A stretch of DNA of 64,000 nucleotides from an uncultured Vicinamibacteraceae bacterium. GTDB lineage: Bacteria; Acidobacteriota; Vicinamibacteria; Vicinamibacterales; UBA8438. Positions 18,999-27,992 of this stretch are shown one piece after another (the stretch's first letter is position 1; each line of letters starts with the position of its first letter). A program made the position numbers and the translations under genes. The notes beneath the pieces are model-generated. The model ran no database searches. It was not told the origin of the DNA and worked only from the letters and a program-made list of their open reading frames with translations. The stretch is taken from NCBI GenBank assembly GCA_964342185.1, contig CAYFER010000002.1, positions 92,946 to 156,945 of the forward strand, given 5' to 3'.

Positions 18999-21314
18999 AT
19001 GTTCTTGGTGATTCGAAATGCATTCGTTCTCGTGACACTTCTGGCCTTCCAGATCGTGCTGCCAGCTAGTTCAAATGCACAGCTGTTTCCCGAACTTCCT
19101 TTCGACTCACGTCAGTTTACTTTTGAGATCCTCGGGGAAAATCATTTGCGCCTCACCGGAGAAGTCGAGCTTGAAGGTGAAGGCTGGCAGTTTTATGCAG
19201 ACCAAGTTGATTTCTTCGCAGACGAGAAGCGTCTGGACGCAGTAGGTAATGTCGTCTACGTAGCCGAGGGCGCACGGTTGGCCGCTGAACGAGCTGAAAT
19301 TAACACCGAAGATCTTACCGGGATCTTCTATGAGGCCACTGGTTCCATAAACATGGGTGACGAAGTCGAACGAAGCATGTTTGGTTCACAAGAACCAGAC
19401 ATGTATTTCTATGGCCAGACTATTGAAAAGATTGATCCGAGAACCTACCGGCTTTCGCAAGGCGGTTTTACGAGCTGTGTGCAACCCACGCCTCGCTGGG
19501 AACTGATCTCAAACGAATTCACGATAAACCTAGATGACTATGCCCTACTGCGAAATACGGTACTTAAAGTCAAAGGCGTCCCGGTCTTCTACCTCCCGGT
19601 AATGTACTACCCTATTCAGGAAGATGGTCGTGCTACAGGGTTTCTCATGCCCACCTATGGAGCTTCCACATTTCGAGGTACAAGCTTAAGTAACGCCTTC
19701 TTTTGGGCTATGGGCCGAAGCCAAGATGCCACCTTTTTTCATGACTGGTTTACCAGTCGTGGGCAGGGTACCGGTGCTGAATACCGACACATAGGATCCC
19801 AAGGTTCCGGTGGAAACTTTCGCGCCTACTTCCTCAATGAAACAGAAAGCACGTTCTCACAAAATGGCTTCGACTTTTCTCTTCCAGCGCGTCGTAGTTA
19901 CGAGTTGCGTGGAGATTTGCGACAACCAATCACATCAAACATCACCGCCAGGGGAAACATTGACTTTTTCTCTGATGTAACCGTTCAGCAGATGTATCAC
20001 ACGAACATATTCGACGCGTCCAATCGGCAGCGCAACTTGAATGGAAACATTTCTGGGACGTGGGGTGCATATCGACTCAGTGGAACTTTCGATGCGAATG
20101 AAACGTTCTTCGGCGATCATTCGGCAACACTCTGGGGTAACGGACCAAGTATCAGTTTCGGTCAAGGTCAACGTGCGATTCCCGGCACCCCCTTTTATTA
20201 CTCTTTTGATAGCCAGTACGTAAAACTGCTGCGACGGACCACCTTCGATCCAGGTGGCGACGAAACTCAATTAAACGCCGGGCTGCAACGGGTCGACGTG
20301 AACCCAACCCTGCAAATTCCGTTCACCCGATGGCCGTTTCTCACAATTAATTCAGGAATCTCGTTTCGATCAACTTACTGGACAGAAAGCATTGACACTG
20401 CAACCGACGAACAGATTCCCACTGGTATCGGTAGAAATTTCTTCGAGTTGCAGTCGCAGATTACAGGACCAAGCTTTGTCAGAATATGGGACACTCCAAA
20501 CAGCGGTTACTCAGAACGTATCAAGCACGTTATCGAACCCTACATGACGCTACGTCGACTAACCGCAGTCAATAATTTCGATCGGATTATTCAGAATGAA
20601 GGTATCGACTCGATTCTGGGAGGTACAGAAATTACTTATGGCTTGAACAACCGTATCTATGCCCGTCTTTCGGGTGGAGCAAATGCTGGTGTAGCACGTG
20701 AAATACTGAATGTCGCCTTGACGCAAACTTACTATACGAATGACCGAGCAGCCCAATTCGATCGCGCTTTCTCAACCAGCTTCAATGACACACCACCATC
20801 CAATTTTTCGCCTATCGCGCTAATGGTTCGCACGGAACCAACAAACGACCTCAGTGCATCTTTACGGACCGAATATGACACTCAGTTTGGATCAATCAGA
20901 ACGATCGGTGCGGACGGGAGCTATGACTTCAAGGGACTATTGCAAGCCACCGCGGGTTGGAGTCAACGTCGTTTTATCGAAGATTTACCTGGATTCGATA
21001 ATCCTAATCAACTTGACCACTTTCTCAATGTATTTACGCGCCTGCAAAACCGTGAAAACACTCTCGGCGGCGCGTACCAATTCAACTATGACCTTCTCAG
21101 GAGTCGGTTTCTCCAACAACGTCTGATCGTCTACTACAATGCACAATGCTGTGGAGTCGGCATTGAGTATCAAACATTCAATTTCGCAGGACTTGGTATT
21201 CGAACGCCTATCCCCCAAGATCGTCGCTTGAATTTGTCGTTTACGCTGGCTGGCCTAGGCACGTTTGCCAACGTTTTAGGTGCCTTTGGTGGAGGCGGAG
21301 GAATATATCAGTGA
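18999..21314 (+). CDS. lptD: LPS-assembly outer-membrane protein LptD
   Basis: 771 aa, signal peptide, N-terminal OstA-like domain, and a large beta-barrel with alternating aromatic pattern and a terminal aromatic-rich strand. Confidence 0.85.
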   Translation: MFLVIRNAFVLVTLLAFQIVLPASSNAQLFPELPFDSRQFTFEILGENHLRLTGEVELEGEGWQFYADQVDFFADEKRLDAVGNVVYVAEGARLAAERAEINTEDLTGIFYEATGSINMGDEVERSMFGSQEPDMYFYGQTIEKIDPRTYRLSQGGFTSCVQPTPRWELISNEFTINLDDYALLRNTVLKVKGVPVFYLPVMYYPIQEDGRATGFLMPTYGASTFRGTSLSNAFFWAMGRSQDATFFHDWFTSRGQGTGAEYRHIGSQGSGGNFRAYFLNETESTFSQNGFDFSLPARRSYELRGDLRQPITSNITARGNIDFFSDVTVQQMYHTNIFDASNRQRNLNGNISGTWGAYRLSGTFDANETFFGDHSATLWGNGPSISFGQGQRAIPGTPFYYSFDSQYVKLLRRTTFDPGGDETQLNAGLQRVDVNPTLQIPFTRWPFLTINSGISFRSTYWTESIDTATDEQIPTGIGRNFFELQSQITGPSFVRIWDTPNSGYSERIKHVIEPYMTLRRLTAVNNFDRIIQNEGIDSILGGTEITYGLNNRIYARLSGGANAGVAREILNVALTQTYYTNDRAAQFDRAFSTSFNDTPPSNFSPIALMVRTEPTNDLSASLRTEYDTQFGSIRTIGADGSYDFKGLLQATAGWSQRRFIEDLPGFDNPNQLDHFLNVFTRLQNRENTLGGAYQFNYDLLRSRFLQQRLIVYYNAQCCGVGIEYQTFNFAGLGIRTPIPQDRRLNLSFTLAGLGTFANVLGAFGGGGGIYQ

Positions 21315-22378
21315 AAGGTTTAATTCTCAGTGGGGGTAAAGGTACACGCTTACGCCCGTTGACATATACCAGTGCGAAACAACTGGTGCCTATAGCGAAC
21401 AAACCAATTCTCTTTTACGGAATTGAAGCGCTAGCGGCTGCTGGCATCAATGACATCGGTATCGTCGTAGGTGACACCAAATCAGAGATTCATAAAGCCG
21501 TTGGAGATGGCTCCCAGTGGGATATCTCGGTGACTTTTATAGAACAAGACGCTCCAAGGGGACTAGCCCACGCGGTGCTGATCAGTGAATCGTTCCTCGG
21601 CGACCAACCCTTCGTGATGTATCTTGGCGATAACCTTCTAGCAAGCGGCATCAAACCACTGGTCGAGCAGTTCTCCACAAAGCGGCCGGCCGCACAGATT
21701 TTATTAACCCAAGTCCCTGATCCGCAGCGCTTCGGCGTCGCCGAACTCGATGGTAATACGGTGGTGCGACTGGTTGAAAAGCCAGAGAAACCAAAAAGCG
21801 ACCTCGCGCTGGTTGGAGTCTATTTGTTTGGACCGGAAATCTTTGAATCGGTAAAACGTATTAAGCCCAGTCTACGTAACGAACTTGAAATCACTGACGC
21901 GATTCAGGACCTTATTGACCACAGGAAAGTAGTTCGGCCGCATATCGTTGAGGGGTGGTGGAAGGACACGGGCAAGCTGGAGGATATATTGGAAGCCAAC
22001 CGTCTTATCTTGGAGACTCTATCTAGACAGATCGACGGTGACGTTGGTCCAGAATGTGAAATCGAAGGCAAAATCGTCGTTGAACCGGGAGCAGTAATCC
22101 GACACTCGGTAATTCGAGGACCAGCGATTATCGGCACCAATACACGCATTGAACACGCCTATATCGGACCATTCACCTCAATTATGAATAATGTGGAGAT
22201 CCGGGGGTCAGAACTCGAACATTCCATCGTGCTGGAAGGTAGCTCTCTGACCGACCTCAGTAACCGCGTGGCCGACAGTCTTATCGGGCGTAATGTCCGA
22301 ATCTACCGGCAGCCAGTCAAACCATCAGCCTACCGTTTTATGCTTGGCGACAACTCTGAAGTCGGCATTCAATGGTGA
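21311..22378 (+). CDS. rfbA: Glucose-1-phosphate thymidylyltransferase, long form (nucleotidyltransferase + left-handed beta-helix)
   Basis: LILSGGKGTRLRPLTYTSAKQLVP signature, 355 aa with a C-terminal hexapeptide-repeat region. The GTG start overlaps the lptD stop (GTGA). Confidence 0.85.
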   Translation: MKGLILSGGKGTRLRPLTYTSAKQLVPIANKPILFYGIEALAAAGINDIGIVVGDTKSEIHKAVGDGSQWDISVTFIEQDAPRGLAHAVLISESFLGDQPFVMYLGDNLLASGIKPLVEQFSTKRPAAQILLTQVPDPQRFGVAELDGNTVVRLVEKPEKPKSDLALVGVYLFGPEIFESVKRIKPSLRNELEITDAIQDLIDHRKVVRPHIVEGWWKDTGKLEDILEANRLILETLSRQIDGDVGPECEIEGKIVVEPGAVIRHSVIRGPAIIGTNTRIEHAYIGPFTSIMNNVEIRGSELEHSIVLEGSSLTDLSNRVADSLIGRNVRIYRQPVKPSAYRFMLGDNSEVGIQW

Positions 22379-22411
22379 CCAGTGCACTAGTTTAAGAGAA
22401 AGAGGACAGTT

Positions 22412-22909
22412 GTGACCGAACCTGCGTCGTACACCAAGACCGAAGGTAAGACACCAATAATTGAAGGTGTCAAAACAAAGCTGCTCCGTTTAGTACCAGA
22501 TGAGAGAGGTTGGCTCATGGAGATCCTTCGAAACGACGACGATTTTTTTGAAAAGTTCGGGCAAGTGTATGTCTCAGCCACATACCCCGGAGTTGTTAAA
22601 GCCTGGCACTATCACAAACATCAGATTGACAACTTTGCATGCGTTACAGGAATGGTGAAGTTGGTCTTAGTCGATACTCGAAAAGGTTCGACCACAGAAG
22701 GTATCGTTAACGAGTTCTTTCTGGGAACCCAAAAACCGATGTTAGTCCAAGTACCTAACCTCGTTTATCACGGTTGGAAATGTATCAGCTCCGAGGCTTC
22801 CGCAGTAGTTAACGTTCCGACCGAGCTCTATCACTATGATGATCCGGACGAATACCGGTTGGAAGCTCACGGAACACTGCCTTACGACTGGGCCCGAAAA
22901 GATGGTTAA
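22412..22909 (+). CDS. Small cupin related to dTDP-4-dehydrorhamnose 3,5-epimerase (RmlC-like)
   Basis: 165 aa cupin with a WHYHKHQ motif, sitting between the rmlA-like and rmlB genes. GTG start. Confidence 0.65.
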   Translation: MTEPASYTKTEGKTPIIEGVKTKLLRLVPDERGWLMEILRNDDDFFEKFGQVYVSATYPGVVKAWHYHKHQIDNFACVTGMVKLVLVDTRKGSTTEGIVNEFFLGTQKPMLVQVPNLVYHGWKCISSEASAVVNVPTELYHYDDPDEYRLEAHGTLPYDWARKDG

Positions 22910-23915
22910 TGTCCTTGTTACGGGTGGAGCTGGTTTTATCGGCAGTAACTTCGTCAGCTACGCCCTGAAGGTTCATCCAGACTGGCAAATTACGACCCTC
23001 GACAAACTCACCTACGCCGGCCGGCATGAAAATCTTCAGGAACACGATGGTAACCCGCGCCATAAGTTCGTAAAGGGAGACGTAGCAGACCAAGCGCTTG
23101 CACAGGAATTGGTCAAGAATGCAGACATCGTTGTACATTTTGCTGCCGAGACGCATGTGGACCGTTCGATTCAAAGTGCTGGTAACTTTGTGACTACCGA
23201 CGTCTACGGCACCTTTGTTCTACTCGATGCGGCGCGAACTTCGTCTCGACTACAGAAGTTCATTCAGATCTCCACCGATGAAGTCTATGGTAGCGTAGCG
23301 GAAGGATCGTCAACTGAACGTGATGAGCTCCTTCCCAGAAACCCTTATGCAGCCACCAAAGCTGGCGCAGACCGTCTCGCGTACAGTTATTGGTCGACCT
23401 ACAATGTGCCAGTTATCATTACTCGCGCCTCAAACAACTACGGACCCAAGCAGTTCCCAGAGAAAATCATTCCTCTTTTCAGCACGAACGCCATGGACAA
23501 CCAGTCTTTGCCTTTGTACGGAGACGGTCAAAATGTTCGCGACTGGCTCCATGTAGATGACCACTGTCGCGCACTCGACCTTTTACTGGAACACGGAGAA
23601 CCTGGCGAGGTATACAACATCGGCGGAGAAAACGAGGTTACCAACGCGACATTAACGCATCGAATTCTTGAGATCCTCGATCGCCCGGCATCACTCATTA
23701 AACCTGTCGACGACCGCCCTGGACATGACCGTCGGTACTCACTTAATACGACCAAACTTCGCGGACTTGGTTGGAAACCGAATGTGCCCTTTGATGATGG
23801 CCTTGTTTCAGTAGTGAACTGGTACCAGTCCAATGAATGGTGGTGGCGGCCAATTAAGCACACCGACGAAAGTTATCGGTCTTACTACCAAAAACAATAT
23901 GGCCAACAACTATGA
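22902..23915 (+). CDS. rfbB: dTDP-glucose 4,6-dehydratase
   Basis: VLVTGGAGFIGSNF Rossmann motif, a YAATKAGAD catalytic YxxxK, and DRRYSLNTTKL near the C-terminus. I prefer the ATG at 22902 (overlap ATGGTTAA with the upstream stop) over the track start at 22836. Confidence 0.9.
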   Translation: MVNVLVTGGAGFIGSNFVSYALKVHPDWQITTLDKLTYAGRHENLQEHDGNPRHKFVKGDVADQALAQELVKNADIVVHFAAETHVDRSIQSAGNFVTTDVYGTFVLLDAARTSSRLQKFIQISTDEVYGSVAEGSSTERDELLPRNPYAATKAGADRLAYSYWSTYNVPVIITRASNNYGPKQFPEKIIPLFSTNAMDNQSLPLYGDGQNVRDWLHVDDHCRALDLLLEHGEPGEVYNIGGENEVTNATLTHRILEILDRPASLIKPVDDRPGHDRRYSLNTTKLRGLGWKPNVPFDDGLVSVVNWYQSNEWWWRPIKHTDESYRSYYQKQYGQQL

Positions 23916-24904
23916 TCTGGAAACAGTTGGACGACAGCACGAGTGTTTTCCGCGACCCACCAGCTGTTCTGGTAACCGGAGCGGCCGGGTTTGTTGGCCG
24001 TCATCTCCTTGAAGCTCTGGCGGCAAAGAATTTTAGGATCGCCGCGTGGCGGCGCCCATCAAGTGCTCCGCCAGACACAGACCGAGACACGGCGAGGTCT
24101 ATCCGTTGGCAAGAGATCGACCTTCTTAAGTATGAGATCGTCAGAAAGACTATTCTCGAGCTCAAGCCCACGAGAATTTACCATTGCGCAGGTGCCGCCA
24201 GCGTTCACAATTCGTGGGATCGCACACTTAACTCTTTAGAAGGAAACATTCTGGCTACAAACAACCTTTTGAAGGCGGTTTCATCAACTGGAATCCAATG
24301 CAGAATCCTAATAACAGGGTCTGCGCTCGTCTACCGACCGGCAGATCAATCAATCGATGAAAATGCGCCAGTCGGGCCAGTTAGTCCTTACGGTCTGTCC
24401 AAACTCGGACAAGAGATGCTCGCCCAGCAGTATGTAGAAGATGGCCTTCAAATCTTGTTGCCCCGTTCATTCACACATATTGGACCTGGTCAATCGGTGT
24501 CCTACGCCGCGTCAAGTTTCGCTCAACAAATTGCCCGTATCGAAAAAAAAAAAGCCCCGCCGATTATTAAAGTAGGAGCCCTTGATGCCAAACGTGACCT
24601 TACGGACGTTCGCGATACCGTTCGAGCCTACATGAGGTTAATGGAACACGGTAAATCGGGTCGCCCGTACAACGTTTGTTCAGGAATGGCATACCCAATG
24701 CGAGACGTGCTTCGCCACCTCATCGATTTGGCCAAAGTGCCCGTGACTGTCACAGTGGACGAATCGAGACTCCGACCAAGCGATAACCCATTACTGCTTG
24801 GTAACCGCTCAAGAATCAAGAACGAAATAGGCTGGAATCCACAGATTTCACTAGAAACGACATTGCAGGATTTGCTCCAATACTGGCGGAATTTTGACCA
24901 CTAA
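23912..24904 (+). CDS. Extended-SDR NAD-dependent epimerase/dehydratase (probable 4-keto-6-deoxy sugar reductase or epimerase)
   Basis: VLVTGAAGFVGRHL Rossmann motif, YGLSKLGQE (YxxxK), 330 aa. ATGA overlap with rfbB. Confidence 0.75.
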   Translation: MIWKQLDDSTSVFRDPPAVLVTGAAGFVGRHLLEALAAKNFRIAAWRRPSSAPPDTDRDTARSIRWQEIDLLKYEIVRKTILELKPTRIYHCAGAASVHNSWDRTLNSLEGNILATNNLLKAVSSTGIQCRILITGSALVYRPADQSIDENAPVGPVSPYGLSKLGQEMLAQQYVEDGLQILLPRSFTHIGPGQSVSYAASSFAQQIARIEKKKAPPIIKVGALDAKRDLTDVRDTVRAYMRLMEHGKSGRPYNVCSGMAYPMRDVLRHLIDLAKVPVTVTVDESRLRPSDNPLLLGNRSRIKNEIGWNPQISLETTLQDLLQYWRNFDH

Positions 24905-24954
24905 ACCACCACAGAAGGCCTTTCCTGACACGATGTAACCAAGTTCGTAACAAT

Positions 24955-25254
24955 ATGAGAATAAAAAGCGAATCAGGTGCCCTGATGGCTCCGACCGTGC
25001 CCGGCATCACATCTCATCCAACAAAGATTGAAAGAACGATAAAAGCCATCAGCGATCACGGGGCTAACTATGTAAGCGGGTCAGTTGTGCATCTCGAAGG
25101 TGGAGCACGAAAGCACTTCATGGACTTTCTTTAAAAAGCATTTCCACGTCTTGTCGAAGGTTATGGACGACTCTACGCAGGAAAATATGCCACTAGTGTC
25201 TACCAACGTCAAGTCACGAACATATTGAAAGCGCTCAAGGAACGCTCTGACTAA
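24955..25254 (+). pseudogene. 3' remnant of a radical-SAM (SplB / Rv2578c-like) gene with an in-frame TAA
   Basis: One frame reads ...SGALMAPTVPGITSHPTKIERTIKAISDHGANYVSGSVVHLEGGARKHFMDFL*KAFPRLVEGYGRLYAGKYATSVYQRQVTNILKALKERSD*. The internal stop is at 25132-25134 and the terminal stop at 25252-25254. It resembles only the C-terminal third of that family. No CxxxCxxC-containing N-terminus is present. Confidence 0.6.
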
Positions 25255-26230
25255 GCACTACCCGGAATCCGATAAATGAACGTCGCGCGCCTGGGTCGGC
25301 CCCACCGCGGATAGCGGCACGAACGTTTCTCGAGGAATCACTATATGAACCACCACGCATAACCCAGAGCGCATCCTGGGAAAGTGCAGTGAGGTCATCG
25401 CTCGGAGGGGATGAATAGGGTTGATATGCACTGCTAGTCAACTCCCAGACATTACCACTCATATCGAATAAGCCGAATGGGCACTCGGGACAATTGAAAC
25501 TGCCAACCGGAGCAGAATCAGCGGCATCAAAATTAGCCCGGTCTCGCCTCGGGGTATCTCCCCAAGGAAAGATGCGTCCATCCGAACCCCGTGCCGCCTT
25601 CTCCCATTCTGCTTCCGTCGGTAAGCTGACATGCCAACCATTTTCTATTAATGCTCTTAGAACATTAGGCGTCGTTGGCGACCCTAACAGACTGCTCTCA
25701 AGCCATCGACAGTAAGCTAGAGCGTCCGGCCACGAAATATGAGTCACGGGATGATTGGCCGGTCTCGCTAGTGATCCGTCATCGACACGGAATCCAGTTG
25801 CTTCGACAAACATATTAAACTGCGCAACAGTAACTTCGTACCGGCCAATGTAGTAGGTTGGAAGATGTACTAACTCCCGACCACCCGACGGTACCCAACG
25901 CTCGTTGTCAAAAAGCATTTGATCGTGGTTGGGGTCACTGCCCATCAGGAACGGCCCGGCGGGAACCTCAACAAAACCCAAAAGTTCTTCATCCGGAAGA
26001 AACCAAGAATCTGGTCGGAAACCTTCAAGTTCGGACAAATCAACCCTCACCGTCGAATTGGAACTTGACGACGTGACAAGTAGCGCCGGCCGTTGAGTGT
26101 AGAGCCACGCTGACACGACGCAAATGAGTAGGATAATTACTATGCCACCGACTGGTCCACGACCGACCGCCGCGTCTGAGACATTAGAAGCCAAGTGCAG
26201 CCCCTGCCCCAGGAATCCCATCACAGGCAA
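25235..26230 (-). CDS. Membrane-anchored FGE-sulfatase (SUMF1/formylglycine-generating-enzyme-like) domain protein
   Basis: N-terminal TM (GGIVIILLICVVSAWLY). The FGE-domain hallmarks are YYIGRYEVTVAQF, HPVTHISWPDALAYCRWL, LPTEAEWEKAARG, GNVWELT, RGGSY and IGFRVV. Confidence 0.85.
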   Translation of the reverse strand: MPVMGFLGQGLHLASNVSDAAVGRGPVGGIVIILLICVVSAWLYTQRPALLVTSSSSNSTVRVDLSELEGFRPDSWFLPDEELLGFVEVPAGPFLMGSDPNHDQMLFDNERWVPSGGRELVHLPTYYIGRYEVTVAQFNMFVEATGFRVDDGSLARPANHPVTHISWPDALAYCRWLESSLLGSPTTPNVLRALIENGWHVSLPTEAEWEKAARGSDGRIFPWGDTPRRDRANFDAADSAPVGSFNCPECPFGLFDMSGNVWELTSSAYQPYSSPPSDDLTALSQDALWVMRGGSYSDSSRNVRAAIRGGADPGARRSFIGFRVVLSQSVP

Positions 26231-27827
26231 ATAACCACCGATGCTCGCACGCTCGAGCGTAGAGATCCGACTCTGACATCTCCATCAAATTACCGCCGCC
26301 CTCGCGGAGTAAGAGTCGGAGATCAAGCGGCCTTGGATTAGCTTGCTCAATCCGGCCGGGTGTCAACACATTTAGACAGCCAGCTGTAAAACGGAGTTCA
26401 CAGGCTCTCGAAAAATAACGAAGTGCTTGATCGGTATCCGCCTCGACCACATTTCCTTCGGTATAATGTTGACCCAGTTGATTACAGGCCCATCCAGAGT
26501 TATCACTGCAGTACGAAGATTCAATTTGCAGTAATCGATCGCACGCCCCACGGCGCCCATCGGCACACGCCTGCTCCCAGAAGGGAATCGTGTCACCACG
26601 GTGCCTCCCGTCAGTTGAACCTTGTAGCGTCATCACGCCAAAGAACAGAATCCAAATCGCCATATACAAAAGATTTGCTCGTTCAGGTGTCCACATAATC
26701 TGCAAGCGACTGAGACCACTCCGGGCACTAAGACTTCTAACTAATCCGTCAATCCCTTTGACACTCAAATTAAGTAAAGGGACACACAACAACTTGTCAT
26801 AGAAAGTCGGTATGCCGATAGCACCGAGCAAAGTATAAAGACCAAACACACCAACGCCGTATAAAACACCGAAGAGAACCTTCCCAATCTGTGTGCGTGG
26901 CGAAGTTGATGGGTCAGTGACCAGTAAATGAAGACCAAGAAATACCGCCGTTGGAATCTCAGAATCGATGAAATACGGAGTTCCCGTTAGCGTCGAGTAC
27001 AAGGCGCTAGAACCAAACAGAACTATTGCTGCCGACCCAGCCACTAGGGTAATCGAGAAAAAATACATGACCACCAAGCCAATCAAGAACAAGAACAGGT
27101 AGATCTGAGGTGCAAGGCTCAAAGTCGTGGCGATCTCTTGGCCAAAAGTAAGACTCGTCGTATCAGTAGCAACAAGAATGAGAGAGAAGATGGCGAGCGA
27201 AAATGCCGAAGGGTTAAAGATGTGGACACGCCGACCATCACGATTCCAACGCACATACTCCTTCCCTAAGAATCCAATGGCGATCATCACAAATTGCAGA
27301 TAAAACCAGTCATCTCTGAACCAGAGAAACAGATTGGTACTGAAGATAATCGGGAAAGGACCAAATCCAAGAACATAGGTCTTCCGCCGCGACCACGACA
27401 GCAGCATGTCAAACGCATAGGCAAACAAAAGCTGTGCTACCAACAACCACGTATGGTCATAGACCGGGCGCCAGTAATAACCCCAGTAGGCAAACACCAT
27501 CGCCTGTACGGCGGCCTGAATGTAATGCTGTGATCTCAACTCGACTGTTAAAGTTTTTGGGGCTGCCGTCCGTTTTACCTCTAAGTAGAGCAAGACCTGC
27601 CACACAGCGATCATTACGGCTGCTGACCAAATGGATCGACTGAGGATCGGGTTCTGACTGATTCGAGGAACTAGGGAAACCCCGAAAAGAGCAACCGGCA
27701 ACCAGATTGAGACCCACAAATTCCAAACAACGGACAGATCACTCTCTCGTAGAGCTGATCGGTTCCGATCCTTGGTTTGCGTACGATGTTGCTTCTGTCT
27801 GCGCTGTCGTTTTCCAGCTGTCATCAC
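26184..27827 (-). CDS. Polytopic membrane protein (RnfD/NqrB-like motifs) with a C-terminal Cys-rich Sel1-like repeat domain; function unknown
   Basis: About 10 predicted TM segments. Motifs HIFNPSAF and LLVTDPSTSPRTQIGKVLFG are reminiscent of the RnfD/NqrB superfamily. The C-terminal roughly 150 aa contains four Cx7C pairs. The gene overlaps the downstream FGE gene by 47 nt. Confidence 0.6.
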   Translation of the reverse strand: MMTAGKRQRRQKQHRTQTKDRNRSALRESDLSVVWNLWVSIWLPVALFGVSLVPRISQNPILSRSIWSAAVMIAVWQVLLYLEVKRTAAPKTLTVELRSQHYIQAAVQAMVFAYWGYYWRPVYDHTWLLVAQLLFAYAFDMLLSWSRRKTYVLGFGPFPIIFSTNLFLWFRDDWFYLQFVMIAIGFLGKEYVRWNRDGRRVHIFNPSAFSLAIFSLILVATDTTSLTFGQEIATTLSLAPQIYLFLFLIGLVVMYFFSITLVAGSAAIVLFGSSALYSTLTGTPYFIDSEIPTAVFLGLHLLVTDPSTSPRTQIGKVLFGVLYGVGVFGLYTLLGAIGIPTFYDKLLCVPLLNLSVKGIDGLVRSLSARSGLSRLQIMWTPERANLLYMAIWILFFGVMTLQGSTDGRHRGDTIPFWEQACADGRRGACDRLLQIESSYCSDNSGWACNQLGQHYTEGNVVEADTDQALRYFSRACELRFTAGCLNVLTPGRIEQANPRPLDLRLLLREGGGNLMEMSESDLYARACEHRWLFACDGIPGAGAALGF

Positions 27828-27992
27828 AACCGGTCCGAGAAAGCTGAGTGGTTGCAGTGTAGTGCTACGTCTAGTGCAAATTCTTAGACTGTGAATCCTT
27901 ACGGAATCCGCATACCTGAGTAACCCAAGGTAAGGAAGCCATTGATTTCGTATAAGCCGTTGGACGCCAGAATTCGCCCAACCACAATCTGC

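Noticed and set aside
22836-22901. Upstream extension of rfbB overlapping the cupin gene by 74 nt
   Set aside because: The Rossmann motif begins right after the ATG at 22902 (MVNVLVTGGAGFIG). The extension has no homology-like features.
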